Shown: one piece after another, positions 8,775-19,021 of the stretch | How the letters are laid out: each line of letters opens with the position of its first letter | Position numbering within the stretch: the first letter of the stretch is position 1 | Assembly (NCBI GenBank): GCA_041660065.1 | Contig: JBAZXC010000001.1 | Coordinates: 8,535-72,534 of the forward strand | DNA length: 64,000 nt | DNA from: Parcubacteria group bacterium | GTDB taxonomy: Bacteria; Patescibacteriota; Minisyncoccia; Moranbacterales; GCA-2747515 | Reading direction: 5' to 3' | Program-made: the position numbers and the translations under genes | The notes under the pieces: model-generated | What the model was told of the DNA's origin: nothing | The model's input: the letters and a program-made list of their open reading frames with translations, nothing else | Databases searched by the model: none

Positions 8775-9874
8775 GGTGTTGACAGATAAGATTTAGAGAG
8801 TTCTTTTTTGATGGATGTGAGGCGTTGTTCCAATGATGTGTGCGTCGGTGCTGTAGAAAGTGTAATACGGGATTTTTCAATGGTAACGTGAGGTACATCG
8901 ATCATAAATTGATAAATATTTCCGGGGAAAGAAGTAGTCTGCTCAAACGGGATCGTGCAGGTATAGGTATTTTTACGCAAAAGCGCCGGAGATAAAATGC
9001 AGGTGTCAAACGCTGTGCGGGACAGCTCATCGACAATGATCGCGTTTTCTTTTGCACGAACAGTTGGTTCGATTTTATTGAGTTGGTCATGATCATAGAT
9101 GTATGTGCGATCTGCATCTCGTGCATAAAAGATCGTTCCAAACGGATGTGTACTGGAAAGATCGAAAAGGCGCGCTTTTTTATGCAGACCGCGTTCTTCG
9201 TTTGTAGACGATCGCACGTTGGCAAAGTTGTATCCGAGAGCGGAAAAAACAAATTCATCCTGGATGGGGTGTTTGGTATCGCCATCAATAACAAATATGC
9301 CATCATTCGATTTGACGAGTGTGCCGGACGCAAACCCTTTTTTCTCTTGAGAGACTGTGGCGAGGAGATCAACGGCCGAAGATGCAGGGATAGCAGTGTT
9401 TTGCGCAAAAAGGTAGGAATCAAAAACATTCTGGCTAAGGAGGGGGTAGAGTTTTTTGTCAGTGCTGCTGTAGTATGTCCCATCGATTTCATAGGTTGTC
9501 ACGAGATGATCGATATACTTTGTTGCGCCAACTGGTGCGAGGAATGCACGATAAGAATGGCGGAGAGAAAGGATGGTCTTTTTTGGAAGGCGTGGCGCAT
9601 CGTCCGGAAGTGTGATCGTGATATGCGCTGTGGTAAATTCGCCGGAAGCGGTCAGATCAAATGTTGTGCCAAATTCTGTAATGTACGGACGAGAGATCGT
9701 GTTTGCGAGAGAATCCACAGCAGAGCGAAAATCAAAAACGTATGTCGGGAAAATCATTTCTTTGGCAAAATAACCGCCGATAAGCAAAAGCATGCAAAAA
9801 AGACCAATGCGAAAAGCATATAATGTCAAGGTTTGTTTTTTGGTGAGTGATATTTGTGATTGTGATGGTTGCAT
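8771..9874 (-). CDS. membrane-anchored hypothetical protein (N-terminal TM plus ~320-aa extracytoplasmic domain)
   Basis: 367-aa ORF with N-terminal TM LFCMLLLIGGYF. No recognisable domain. Confidence 0.45.
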   Translation of the reverse strand: MQPSQSQISLTKKQTLTLYAFRIGLFCMLLLIGGYFAKEMIFPTYVFDFRSAVDSLANTISRPYITEFGTTFDLTASGEFTTAHITITLPDDAPRLPKKTILSLRHSYRAFLAPVGATKYIDHLVTTYEIDGTYYSSTDKKLYPLLSQNVFDSYLFAQNTAIPASSAVDLLATVSQEKKGFASGTLVKSNDGIFVIDGDTKHPIQDEFVFSALGYNFANVRSSTNEERGLHKKARLFDLSSTHPFGTIFYARDADRTYIYDHDQLNKIEPTVRAKENAIIVDELSRTAFDTCILSPALLRKNTYTCTIPFEQTTSFPGNIYQFMIDVPHVTIEKSRITLSTAPTHTSLEQRLTSIKKELSKSYLSTP

Positions 9875-9878
9875 GCGT

Positions 9879-11762
9879 TTATTTTATCTCATAGATCATG
9901 TCGCGCAGTGTAGACGTTGTCTTTGTGGGATATTTTTGCGGGATATTTTTATCAGAGGCGAGATCAAGTTGTTCAAGTGAAAAATAATATGCGGTGAGAG
10001 GATGCATGTGGTCACCAAGTACATCACGATAAAAATTGATATTATCTTGCGGTACGATGAGGAGTATGCGATCAAATGGTGTGCGATCGATCTTTTGGAT
10101 GTCGTAAGGGTTGAAAATATATACCGCGTGTCTGTTCTCCAAAAGTTGCAGTGGCAAAGTCATCATCGACCACCCATTGCCTGTGGAATTTTTGTCTACG
10201 AGGATGAGATCATTCGTGTGGAATCCTTTTGCCAGTGTGTGGACTTGGGGAAGGAGGGTGGTGTTTTCCGCATAGGGAAAAAAGAGGAAAAATGCAGGGA
10301 GATTTGCCAAAAGCATGATCATGAGTGCGCTGAAAACAAAGATTTTTTTGATCGTGTGATCAGTGCGGATCTGCGCAATACCAAATATGCCGATGAGGAT
10401 CGTTGCCGGCACAAGGGCAAAAGCAAAACGACGCAGCATCCACGGATGATCACTGCTGATCTGCGGAAAGAAGTAATACAAAAATAAGGGTAACATGATC
10501 ACAAATATGAGGAGGATCGGTCGGTATTTTTTGTGTTTTAGGGAGAGAAGTATCGTGCCACCTGTGAGTAAAAGCGGTATGAGTAATCCATACATGGTGT
10601 AAATGGAGAGGAGATAATAATACTTGTGGGCGATCTTTGCGGAGAGAGACGGTGCATCGCTGGCAATATCAAAAATGGCATGTGCGATCGTGATAAAAAA
10701 CGGTTGATTCATGATGAGGATCATAAATCCGACGCACAGAAGTGTCGTTACCGGGAAAACGATATGCCACCATAGATCTTGCATGAGGAATGTGCGTATA
10801 GCCTTTTTGCGCAGCGTGAGGTAGGAAAGAATTGCAAAAAACCATATGCCTTCAATGCGCACAAAAGGAAGAAGTGCCAAAACGGCAAAAAATGTATAGT
10901 AGGATATTCTATCTTGCTTGTCACGCAGTGATATGTAGAGTGCGATCGCACTCCATAAAAGTGTGCCAGCCAAATTTTCACTCAATGTAAATTTGGCAAA
11001 CCAACCAATGACAAAAGATGTCAGGAGCATCGCGAGAAATACAAGCACATAGCGATGACGGAAAAAAGATCGTGCGACGCATGTGATCGCAAGGATAAAA
11101 AGAAAAAGCAGGATGCTATTTGCAACGATCAATCCCGTTACGCCACAAATGCCAAAAAATCCGCCGAGAAATGCGATGTAGGGGAGAGAAAACTGTGTGA
11201 TAAGTCCGCCGTCCGGAAGATAATAAAAACCGGGAAAGTTCAGGGCTTTGCCACGGCCGTAAATATCAAAAAATGCCGTACTCTCAGGAGAGTGACTGAT
11301 GAGTTTTTTGTTTTGCGCCAATTGTATCGCAGCACCGGAAAAAGAGCCTTGGTCACGTCCTGCAAAAAGTGTGGGTACGGTGAAAGAAGCGACTGATAGC
11401 GTGAATAGTATTGCGATGATGATGTATAGCATGTACTCGTGTGAGGGATGGGGAAACTGTAGTATTTTCTTGTAAATAAAAAAAATGCATAATGCGATCC
11501 ATGCGCCAAAAATGCCTACTGGATAAAAAATGCCCAATATTGTTGCCAAAAGTGCGATCCATACATACAAAACAACCATGAGGATGATGGTTTGCAGAAA
11601 TGTTTTATCATTTTGTATGCAGGTATTTTCCACGTATTTATTATATCTTCTATCACATGTGTTGACAAATGTGGAGGCATCCGTGTCATCCATGTGTGAG
11701 AAGTTTGAAATTGTGTATACAAAATGGTAAAATAAAAGAAGAAATAAATATAAAAAGATCAT
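9879..11762 (-). CDS. polytopic membrane protein, putative GT-C fold glycosyltransferase (PMT/ArnT-like) with C-terminal soluble domain
   Basis: At least 12 predicted TM segments over ~480 aa followed by a ~140-aa soluble C-terminus. The start is uncertain; the ATG at 11762 overlaps the divergent gene's ATG (CATG). Confidence 0.45.
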   Translation of the reverse strand: MIFLYLFLLLFYHFVYTISNFSHMDDTDASTFVNTCDRRYNKYVENTCIQNDKTFLQTIILMVVLYVWIALLATILGIFYPVGIFGAWIALCIFFIYKKILQFPHPSHEYMLYIIIAILFTLSVASFTVPTLFAGRDQGSFSGAAIQLAQNKKLISHSPESTAFFDIYGRGKALNFPGFYYLPDGGLITQFSLPYIAFLGGFFGICGVTGLIVANSILLFLFILAITCVARSFFRHRYVLVFLAMLLTSFVIGWFAKFTLSENLAGTLLWSAIALYISLRDKQDRISYYTFFAVLALLPFVRIEGIWFFAILSYLTLRKKAIRTFLMQDLWWHIVFPVTTLLCVGFMILIMNQPFFITIAHAIFDIASDAPSLSAKIAHKYYYLLSIYTMYGLLIPLLLTGGTILLSLKHKKYRPILLIFVIMLPLFLYYFFPQISSDHPWMLRRFAFALVPATILIGIFGIAQIRTDHTIKKIFVFSALMIMLLANLPAFFLFFPYAENTTLLPQVHTLAKGFHTNDLILVDKNSTGNGWSMMTLPLQLLENRHAVYIFNPYDIQKIDRTPFDRILLIVPQDNINFYRDVLGDHMHPLTAYYFSLEQLDLASDKNIPQKYPTKTTSTLRDMIYEIK

Positions 11763-14229
11763 GCATCAAAAAAGTTTTATCCGATGGTATATCGGTGATG
11801 GTTCACGGGCGATGTTTTCATTGTGGAAGCAGTTGGTTTTTTTTGTGCCACGGCATTTTTCTATGGCGCTTTTGTTTCGTACGCTTTTTGCGCCATGGCA
11901 TCGTGACATCTCTCTCAAAACATGGCGCGGATTTAGTCCGTTACGATCTGTTGATCGACTGATATGGAATGTCTTTTCTCGTGTCATTGGTGCGATCGTG
12001 CGATTGGGTGTGATCACTTCCGGGTTGGTTTTGTGGGTGATCATTGGGGGCATAGGCTTTGTCACAGCGCTTGTCTATGTTTGCGCGCCGGGCGTTTTGG
12101 TTGTTTCTTTCGTATTGTTTTTTAGTGCGTTTCGATTTGTTGCTTTTGGGGTTTTTGTGTTTACTTTGTGTGTGATCTATGGCGCATACATTTTGTTTCG
12201 TACAAGTGGGCATATGCTGTATGAACGCATGAGCATGAAACAGTTGCATGAACAAAAATGGTTTTATCGTGTGTATGAACGCATCGGCGTAGAAGCAGAG
12301 GATATTCCCTATGATATTCTCAGTGACTTTCCCGCATTTCAAAAATTTCTCCTCACGAAAGACGTCACGGTTGAAGAGTTTGAATTGATCGTTGCATGGG
12401 AGATCGAACAACAAAAGCGTCGTGAACAAGATGCAAAACTTTTTTCAGAAGAAAAATTTCTTCGTCTGCGACCGATTGGTCTGCACTGGCATTTCGGATA
12501 TACGGTGCAACTTGATCATTACGCGGAGGATCTTACAGCGTATGACCATAGTGATTATGCACGGTATCCTTTTCATGGATTTGATCAGGAAATGGGATTG
12601 ATCGAGGTTGTTCTCGCACGACCACATGAAAACAATATCCTCCTTACCGGACAAGCCGGTCTTGGCCGACATATGATCATTCATGAATTGGCACGCAGGA
12701 TCCGCACGGGATATTTTGAACGAAGTTTTATGCGGTATATGCGCTTCATGCAATGTGATTTTACAAGCGTCATGGCACAGGCAAAGAGCAAAGGTGAAGA
12801 TCCGGAATTTATCGTGCACAGTCTGTTTCATGAGGCGGCGTATGCGGGCAATATCATTTTTGTGGTGGATAACTTTGAGCAGTATATTGATACAAATATT
12901 AGTCGCGGATTTTCTTTTACGACGATCATTGATGAATATGCGTCGATGGAATCATTTCGCATGATCGCAATTGCGACAGAAGAAGCATTTCATGAAAAAG
13001 TTGACGCGGATCAGATCGTGGGGCGGCATTTTGACGTGATCCCTGTGCATGAGATGGATGATGTGCATGCGATGAAAGTACTCTTTACACGCTTTTATGG
13101 TGAGACACATACGCCATTTACTTATCAGGCATTGCGACAAGTGATCACGGATGCGCAACGGTACACCAATACCGCGCCATTGCCGACGCGTGCGATCAGT
13201 CTGGCGATAGAAGTATTTTTGCAGTGGCAAAAGACAGGGGACGGGTTTATCACGGCACAAACTGTCGATGCATTCATCACACAAAAGACGGGCATCCCTG
13301 TGGGGAATATTGCACAGGAGGAACAACAAAAACTTCTTTCATTGGAGGACACTCTTCATAAGATGATCATTGGGCAGAGTGCTGCTGTGCAGACAGTTGC
13401 TGCAGCTGTGCGTCGCATGCGTTCCGGTATGGCACGACCCAACAAACCGGCGGGAACATTCTTGTTTTTGGGTCCGACGGGTGTGGGGAAGACGGAAATG
13501 GCGAAAGCGATCGCTGCGCAATATTTCGGATCGGATGAAAAAGTTGTGCGTATCGATATGAGCGAATATCAGGGACCGACAGCGGTGGATCGCTTGATCG
13601 GATCCAAAGAATTGAATCAAAAAGGCGCGTTTGTCTCTGCTGCGAAAGAGCATCCATATGCATTACTTCTTTTGGATGAGATCGACAAAGCAAATCCACG
13701 TGTTTTGGATCTGTTTTTGCAGATCCTTGATGAGGGTTTTGTGCATGATGCTTTCGGGCACAAAATCAGTTTCACATCGATGATCATTATCGCCACATCA
13801 AATGCCGGTGCACTCATGATCAAAAAGATGGTGGAAATGGGTATGGACCCGGCACAAGAGGAAGAAAAGATCGTCAATGGTATCATCGAGAGCGGAGTAT
13901 TTCGTCCGGAGTTCATCAATCGTTTCGATGATGTGGTGATCTTTGGTCCATTGGAAGGAGAAAATGTGCGCACGGTGACACAACTACTTTTGCAAAAATT
14001 TGCCACACGTGTTTTGAAAGAACAAAACATCGATGTGACCTTTGCAGATGGCGTAGTGGATAGAATAATTGAAAAAGGATATGATCATGTATTTGGCGCG
14101 CGATCGGTCATGCGATACATTGATGACGGCATTGCGGACATCTTTGCCAAAAAATTGATCGCAGGCAACGTCCATCGCGGAGAAACAGTGCATTTTGCGA
14201 CGAAGGATATGGAAGAGGTGGGCTCTTGA
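11761..14229 (+). CDS. membrane-anchored Clp/Hsp100-family ATPase: N-terminal TM segments, degenerate first ATPase domain, intact D2 AAA+ domain with ClpB-D2-small
   Basis: D2: GPTGVGKTEMAKAIA (Walker A), LLLLDEIDKANP (Walker B), IIIATSNAG, VFRPEFINRFDDVVIF. The D1 position has GQAGLGRH instead of GxxGxGKT/S. N-terminal hydrophobic helices (VITSGLVLWVIIGGIGFV, VLVVSFVLFFSAF, FVFTLCVIYGAYILF). The start may be at a later Met (11812 or 11863). Confidence 0.7.
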   Translation: MHQKSFIRWYIGDGSRAMFSLWKQLVFFVPRHFSMALLFRTLFAPWHRDISLKTWRGFSPLRSVDRLIWNVFSRVIGAIVRLGVITSGLVLWVIIGGIGFVTALVYVCAPGVLVVSFVLFFSAFRFVAFGVFVFTLCVIYGAYILFRTSGHMLYERMSMKQLHEQKWFYRVYERIGVEAEDIPYDILSDFPAFQKFLLTKDVTVEEFELIVAWEIEQQKRREQDAKLFSEEKFLRLRPIGLHWHFGYTVQLDHYAEDLTAYDHSDYARYPFHGFDQEMGLIEVVLARPHENNILLTGQAGLGRHMIIHELARRIRTGYFERSFMRYMRFMQCDFTSVMAQAKSKGEDPEFIVHSLFHEAAYAGNIIFVVDNFEQYIDTNISRGFSFTTIIDEYASMESFRMIAIATEEAFHEKVDADQIVGRHFDVIPVHEMDDVHAMKVLFTRFYGETHTPFTYQALRQVITDAQRYTNTAPLPTRAISLAIEVFLQWQKTGDGFITAQTVDAFITQKTGIPVGNIAQEEQQKLLSLEDTLHKMIIGQSAAVQTVAAAVRRMRSGMARPNKPAGTFLFLGPTGVGKTEMAKAIAAQYFGSDEKVVRIDMSEYQGPTAVDRLIGSKELNQKGAFVSAAKEHPYALLLLDEIDKANPRVLDLFLQILDEGFVHDAFGHKISFTSMIIIATSNAGALMIKKMVEMGMDPAQEEEKIVNGIIESGVFRPEFINRFDDVVIFGPLEGENVRTVTQLLLQKFATRVLKEQNIDVTFADGVVDRIIEKGYDHVFGARSVMRYIDDGIADIFAKKLIAGNVHRGETVHFATKDMEEVGS

Positions 14230-14309
14230 TTTTTTGGATTCTTTTGGTATAGTGAGTAGCATTGTGATAGAAAGTTTGTGTTGAAAAATATGCAAAAGTG
14301 GAGGGCATT

Positions 14310-14696
14310 ATGTCTATGGGAACACAATGTTTCTTGGCAGAAAGAGGTCTTTCAGCACAGGAAAAAGATAAGAAGCAATTTTTTTGTACGCAGTGTCAAC
14401 AATTTCACTCAAAGTACAACGTGCGATATATATTCATCGAAGGAGGGAATGCGCACGCATCGTTTTTTGTTCCAGCAATGATCTATCCGATCTGTAGGCA
14501 GTGTTACAACAAGGTGAAAAAACAAAGTTCTTTGGCTATGACGTGTGTGTTTTTCGATAGGGAATTTCTGGCGTATCACATCACAATGCGTCGCGGAAGG
14601 TATCTTGTGGCAAAATTCGGCCATATGATCGAACTTACCGAAAAACAGGTTATGAAATACAAACAAGCCGCACAAAAGTTTATCACTGCGGCATGA
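14310..14696 (+). CDS. Cys-rich hypothetical protein (two CxxC pairs, putative zinc ribbon)
   Basis: ORF 14298 starts on GTG. ATG at 14310 has GGAGG ~7 nt upstream. Contains CTQCQQ...CRQCYNK. Confidence 0.4.
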   Translation: MSMGTQCFLAERGLSAQEKDKKQFFCTQCQQFHSKYNVRYIFIEGGNAHASFFVPAMIYPICRQCYNKVKKQSSLAMTCVFFDREFLAYHITMRRGRYLVAKFGHMIELTEKQVMKYKQAAQKFITAA

Positions 14697-14741
14697 GGGA
14701 CAATTATATATAATTGTCCCTCTTCGATTTTGTGGTTTTTG
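14697..14741 (+). terminator. rho-independent terminator: perfect palindrome GGGACAATTATATATAATTGTCCC plus T-rich tail
   Basis: Immediately after the stop at 14694-14696. Confidence 0.6.
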
Positions 14742-14747
14742 AAAAGA

Positions 14748-14790
14748 AAAAAGTCGTTTCCACGTATATCATTGTGGAAACGACTTTTGG
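14748..14790 (-). terminator. rho-independent terminator for the convergent minus-strand gene
   Basis: AAAAGTCGTTTCCAC / GTGGAAACGACTTTT stem. T-tract on the minus strand after the stop at 14794. Confidence 0.55.
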
Positions 14791-14793
14791 CCA

Positions 14794-15114
14794 TCATCGG
14801 ATGGCGGCGAACTCGTCGCACTTTTTATGAATTTTGTTGAATGCTTTTGGGTCTGACGTGTCCAGATTTACAATATCAAAAATAATTTTTTGCATGTTTC
14901 TGGCGTGAGTGCTGTGGCCGTTTTTGATCATTCTGCAGATAACTGCAAAAATATATCCGATCAATTGGGCAACAGTATCCCGCGTCTCTTTTGAGACATC
15001 CTCAGTTATGCTTTGCAACAGGATCATTTGTATTGCTAAGTCATATTCCTCCACATAACTTTTACAGATGTCCCAACCATCACTGGGTTTTACAAATACA
15101 GGCTCTAACTGCAT
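14794..15114 (-). CDS. hypothetical protein
   Basis: ORF 14794..15174. In-frame ATG at 15114 has GGGAGG ~9 nt upstream. No recognisable domain. Confidence 0.35.
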   Translation of the reverse strand: MQLEPVFVKPSDGWDICKSYVEEYDLAIQMILLQSITEDVSKETRDTVAQLIGYIFAVICRMIKNGHSTHARNMQKIIFDIVNLDTSDPKAFNKIHKKCDEFAAIR

Positions 15115-15342
15115 GGCATACCTCCCATTGATAATTTGTGTAATGTCGCAGTGATGTAATGTAAAGATGACCACGACAATACGGTAAATTTTAGAGGGTA
15201 CAATTACAACCGTCCATTATAGCAAAAAAATGCAATTTTGTCAAGAGTGGCGTTTGAGCGGACAATGAATTGTCATAAGGGAGAAAGTGTGATACCGTGA
15301 AGGGAGAAAAATAGGATTTTTTGTATTAATTGAGAGATTTTT

Positions 15343-16545
15343 GTGAAGATTTTAATGATTGCACCGACGCCGTTCTTTTCTCATCGCGGGACGCATATTC
15401 GCATACTGGAAGAGGCGCGAGCGCTTGAGTACTTGGGACATGACGTGGCGATCGTCACATATCATAATGGAGATGATATCACGCGGTATATATCCACAAA
15501 GATCGATGTGCGTCGGATCCGTCGATGGCTCTTTTGGTACAAAAAAACGGAAGCAGGTGCAGATTGGCAGAAGGTGCTCTTGAATGTATTTCTCATCAAA
15601 AAAACGATTTATATGACGCGGACATTTCGACCGGATGTTGTCCATGCGCATTTGCATGAGGGCATATTGATCGGTTGGATCGTCCAGAAGATCTTTTTTT
15701 GGCGAAAGTTTTTGCTCGTGGCGGATTTCCATGGAAGCTTGGTCAATGAAATGCGTTCACATGGCTATCTCAGTATGCCACCGCTCGGAACGATTTTCCG
15801 CATTGTAGAGAAGTGGATCAATGGTATGGGAGATCGTGCGGTGGTAAGTGGGGAAGAAAATGTGTCACTTATCAAAGACGCGCGAAAAGATCATTGTGCA
15901 GAATATGTCTGGGATGGTGTGAATGCGCGTACGTATCAGGGATTGCCAGATAGGAGCACGCTACGCAAGAAGTATCACGTTCCGGTGGATGCATTTATTG
16001 TTGTATATACGGGAGCATTGATCCAAAACAAAGGTGTACAACATGTTTTGGATGCGATCGCATCGACACGTGAACGCATTGCAGATGTTCATTTTGTTAT
16101 CGGTGGGTATCCTGACGAATGGGTGCGTGCATTCATCAAAGAGCACGGATTGAATGACTGTGTGACGGTTATTTCTCCACTTAATTATTTTGCGCTTGCG
16201 GAAGTGAATAGTTTGTCCGATGTGGCAATCGATCCCAAAGACGCGCAAGTTCAGCAAGCTAGTGGAAAGATTTTACAATACATGGCAGCACATGTGGGCA
16301 TTATTTGTGCTGACCGTCCAACCAACCATAAATACCTCTCTCCAGACAGTGCGCAATTTTTGTCGACGGTTGATGCGTATACTCTAACAGAGGCGATTAT
16401 GCGGTTCTATGTGGATAGAGCGTTTTTGGATGTGTGTGCACAGCATGCATTTCGTGATGTGCAAGAGTTTGATTGGAGTGTGATCGGACGAAAGCTTGAT
16501 GAAATTTATCACAGTGATGGATTAACATGTAATTTAGGGGCGTGA
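15343..16545 (+). CDS. glycosyltransferase, GT4 family
   Basis: N-terminal MKILMIAPTPFFSHRGTHIRILEEARAL and C-terminal GT-B fold features. GTG start at 15343. Confidence 0.7.
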   Translation: MKILMIAPTPFFSHRGTHIRILEEARALEYLGHDVAIVTYHNGDDITRYISTKIDVRRIRRWLFWYKKTEAGADWQKVLLNVFLIKKTIYMTRTFRPDVVHAHLHEGILIGWIVQKIFFWRKFLLVADFHGSLVNEMRSHGYLSMPPLGTIFRIVEKWINGMGDRAVVSGEENVSLIKDARKDHCAEYVWDGVNARTYQGLPDRSTLRKKYHVPVDAFIVVYTGALIQNKGVQHVLDAIASTRERIADVHFVIGGYPDEWVRAFIKEHGLNDCVTVISPLNYFALAEVNSLSDVAIDPKDAQVQQASGKILQYMAAHVGIICADRPTNHKYLSPDSAQFLSTVDAYTLTEAIMRFYVDRAFLDVCAQHAFRDVQEFDWSVIGRKLDEIYHSDGLTCNLGA

Positions 16546-18770
16546 TGTTACACAAAGTTGGCAATGACAACAATAAAGAAAAACAAGGGCAAAAAACGTG
16601 GAAAGAAAAATTCGCATTTGTTTTTGGGATTGTTGCAAAAAGTGTTTTTGATCTGGGGCTGGTCGCTTTGGTCGCTTTCTTTACGATTTTTTTATATGTG
16701 TATTACACCACGGTGCAACCGGATGCGTTGGTGCAACGAACGATCTCCGAGACGTCGATCATCTATGACAGCACGGGCGAGCACGAATTGTATCGCATGT
16801 ATGGCGAAGAAAATCGTAAAGTGATCGCGCATGATGATATCCCTGATTTTATGCGCAGCGCGACGATTGCCGCAGAGGACGACAATTTCTATCATCATAT
16901 GGGTGTGGATGTTTTTGGGATCGTGCGTGCATTGGAAAAGAATTTTATCGCCGGAAGTAAAGCGCAAGGAGGCAGTACGATCACGCAACAATTGGTGCGC
17001 AATACATTTCTCTCCAGAGAAAAAACGATCAAACGAAAGTTTATTGAGATCGTTCTCGCGATCAAAATGGAGCGACATTACTCCAAGGCTGAGATTTTGG
17101 ATTTTTATTTGAATGAGGTGCCATACGGATCGAATGCCTATGGTGTACAGGCGGCGGCACAAAATTTTTTTGGCAAAAATGCGCGCGATCTGACATTGGA
17201 TGAGGCGGCGCTATTGGCATCATTGCCAAAGGCGACGACGTATTATTCACCATATGGTAATAATATAGATGCGCTTAAAGAACGTCAGCAATCGATCATT
17301 GCACGATTGGGAGAACTGAGGTTGTATGATCAAGCGGCGATTGATGAAGCGCTAAAGGCGGACACGCTTGCGAAATTGCAGGAATTTCATGAGGAGATCG
17401 ATGCACCGCATTTTGTATTTTATGTACGCGAGCAATTGGAGCAGATGTATGGCACGGACGTTGTGCAACGTGGCGGATTGAAAGTGTATACAACGTTGAA
17501 TTATGATATGCAAAAACGTGCGGAAGAGGATGTGTCAAAATATGCCAGCAAATTACCACAATATAATGCATCCAACGCAGCACTTGTGGCATTGTCACCT
17601 AAGACGGGAGATGTGTTGGCGATGGTGGGCAGTGTTGATTATTTTGACAAAAAGAATGATGGTGAGGTCAATGTCGCACTCAGGCCACGTCAGCCGGGTT
17701 CATCGTTCAAGCCGATCGTTTATGCCGCGGGTTTTGACAAAGGATATCAACCGGAGACACTGCTCTATGATGTGCAGACAAGTTTTGGCAAGGATGGCAG
17801 TGGCAAAGATTATACGCCGCATAATTATGATGGACAAAATCATGGACTCGTTCCTGTTCGTAAGGCGTTGGCAGGGTCGCTCAATGTGCCGGCAGTCAAA
17901 ATGCTCTATTTGGTAGGCATTGATAACGCAATTGATTTTGCAGAAACGTTGGGCATTACAACGCTTACGGACCGTAAACGCTATGGACTCTCTCTCGTAC
18001 TTGGCGGTGGTGAAGTGAAGCTTTTGGAGGAAACGGGCGCATTTGCAGTCTTTGGCAATGATGGTGTGCGTGCACCGGTGCATGGGATCAATCGTGTGAT
18101 CGACGCATCCGGTAAAGAGATCAGTAGTGCTCCACAGTCGGAACGTGTGATCGACGCGGAAGTTGCGCGAAAAATTTCCAGTATTTTATCAGACAATGAT
18201 GCACGGTCATTCATTTTTGGTTCAAGTAGTGCGGTCTATATTCCCGGAAAAAAGGTGGCGGCAAAAACAGGAACAACACAAGATTATCGTGACGCATGGA
18301 CGGTAGGATATACGCCGGAGATTGCTGTGGGTGTATGGGTGGGAAATAATGACGGCACGTTGATGCGCGCAGGAAGTGATGGATCATTTGTTGCGGCGCC
18401 ACTCTGGCATACGTTTATGGCGCGCGAGCTTGAATCGTTGCCTGACACACAGTTTGAGCCATACCAAAAGATCGAATCACATATTCCCATGATCACAGGT
18501 AATCGTCCTGATGGTGTAAGTGAAGATGGGGGAAAGATCTATTTTAACAAAAACACCGGTAAGCAGATCTCTGCAGAAAAAGCGAGTAAAATGGATAAAA
18601 GTAAATTGGAGGAAAAATATGCGCAGTCGTACGGTGGTCACAGCATTTTGTATTATGTCAATAAAGACAATCCGTTGGATGAAACCGCAAAGCCAAATTA
18701 TTCTGACCCGATGCTTGCTTTGTGGGATGCGGCATTAAACGGAAGTAATAAAGATGATAATAAGGATTGA
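16545..18770 (+). CDS. class A penicillin-binding protein (GT51 transglycosylase plus transpeptidase), PBP1A family
   Basis: GT51 motifs EDDNFYHHMGVD, GGSTITQQLVRN, RKFIEIVLAIKMERHYSKAEILDFYLN. Transpeptidase motifs SSFKP (SxxK) and KTGTT. N-terminal TM. Start overlaps the previous stop (ATGA). Confidence 0.9.
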   Translation: MLHKVGNDNNKEKQGQKTWKEKFAFVFGIVAKSVFDLGLVALVAFFTIFLYVYYTTVQPDALVQRTISETSIIYDSTGEHELYRMYGEENRKVIAHDDIPDFMRSATIAAEDDNFYHHMGVDVFGIVRALEKNFIAGSKAQGGSTITQQLVRNTFLSREKTIKRKFIEIVLAIKMERHYSKAEILDFYLNEVPYGSNAYGVQAAAQNFFGKNARDLTLDEAALLASLPKATTYYSPYGNNIDALKERQQSIIARLGELRLYDQAAIDEALKADTLAKLQEFHEEIDAPHFVFYVREQLEQMYGTDVVQRGGLKVYTTLNYDMQKRAEEDVSKYASKLPQYNASNAALVALSPKTGDVLAMVGSVDYFDKKNDGEVNVALRPRQPGSSFKPIVYAAGFDKGYQPETLLYDVQTSFGKDGSGKDYTPHNYDGQNHGLVPVRKALAGSLNVPAVKMLYLVGIDNAIDFAETLGITTLTDRKRYGLSLVLGGGEVKLLEETGAFAVFGNDGVRAPVHGINRVIDASGKEISSAPQSERVIDAEVARKISSILSDNDARSFIFGSSSAVYIPGKKVAAKTGTTQDYRDAWTVGYTPEIAVGVWVGNNDGTLMRAGSDGSFVAAPLWHTFMARELESLPDTQFEPYQKIESHIPMITGNRPDGVSEDGGKIYFNKNTGKQISAEKASKMDKSKLEEKYAQSYGGHSILYYVNKDNPLDETAKPNYSDPMLALWDAALNGSNKDDNKD

Positions 18771-18784
18771 TTCACAATAAATAT

Positions 18785-19021
18785 ATGCCAGAAAAAATGT
18801 CTCCTGTCGGTCAATATAAATGGGTAAGAAAACCTTTTGAAGTGACGGAAGAAATGCGTGAGGGTGCACAGAAGTTGGAGGAAGAGGAGTCGATCCGTTC
18901 CGGCGACATTGGTCCGATACATGAAACAATGTGCCCGACAAAAAAACAAATTGCGCGTAACGATGCAATTTTGACAGAGGAAGGTAAAATGATAAAATCA
19001 CACGATCATGAGAACAAATAA
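18785..19021 (+). CDS. small hypothetical ORF (79 aa)
   Basis: ORF 18767..19021 between the PBP and the next gene. Low complexity. Coding status uncertain. Confidence 0.2.
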   Translation: MPEKMSPVGQYKWVRKPFEVTEEMREGAQKLEEEESIRSGDIGPIHETMCPTKKQIARNDAILTEEGKMIKSHDHENK

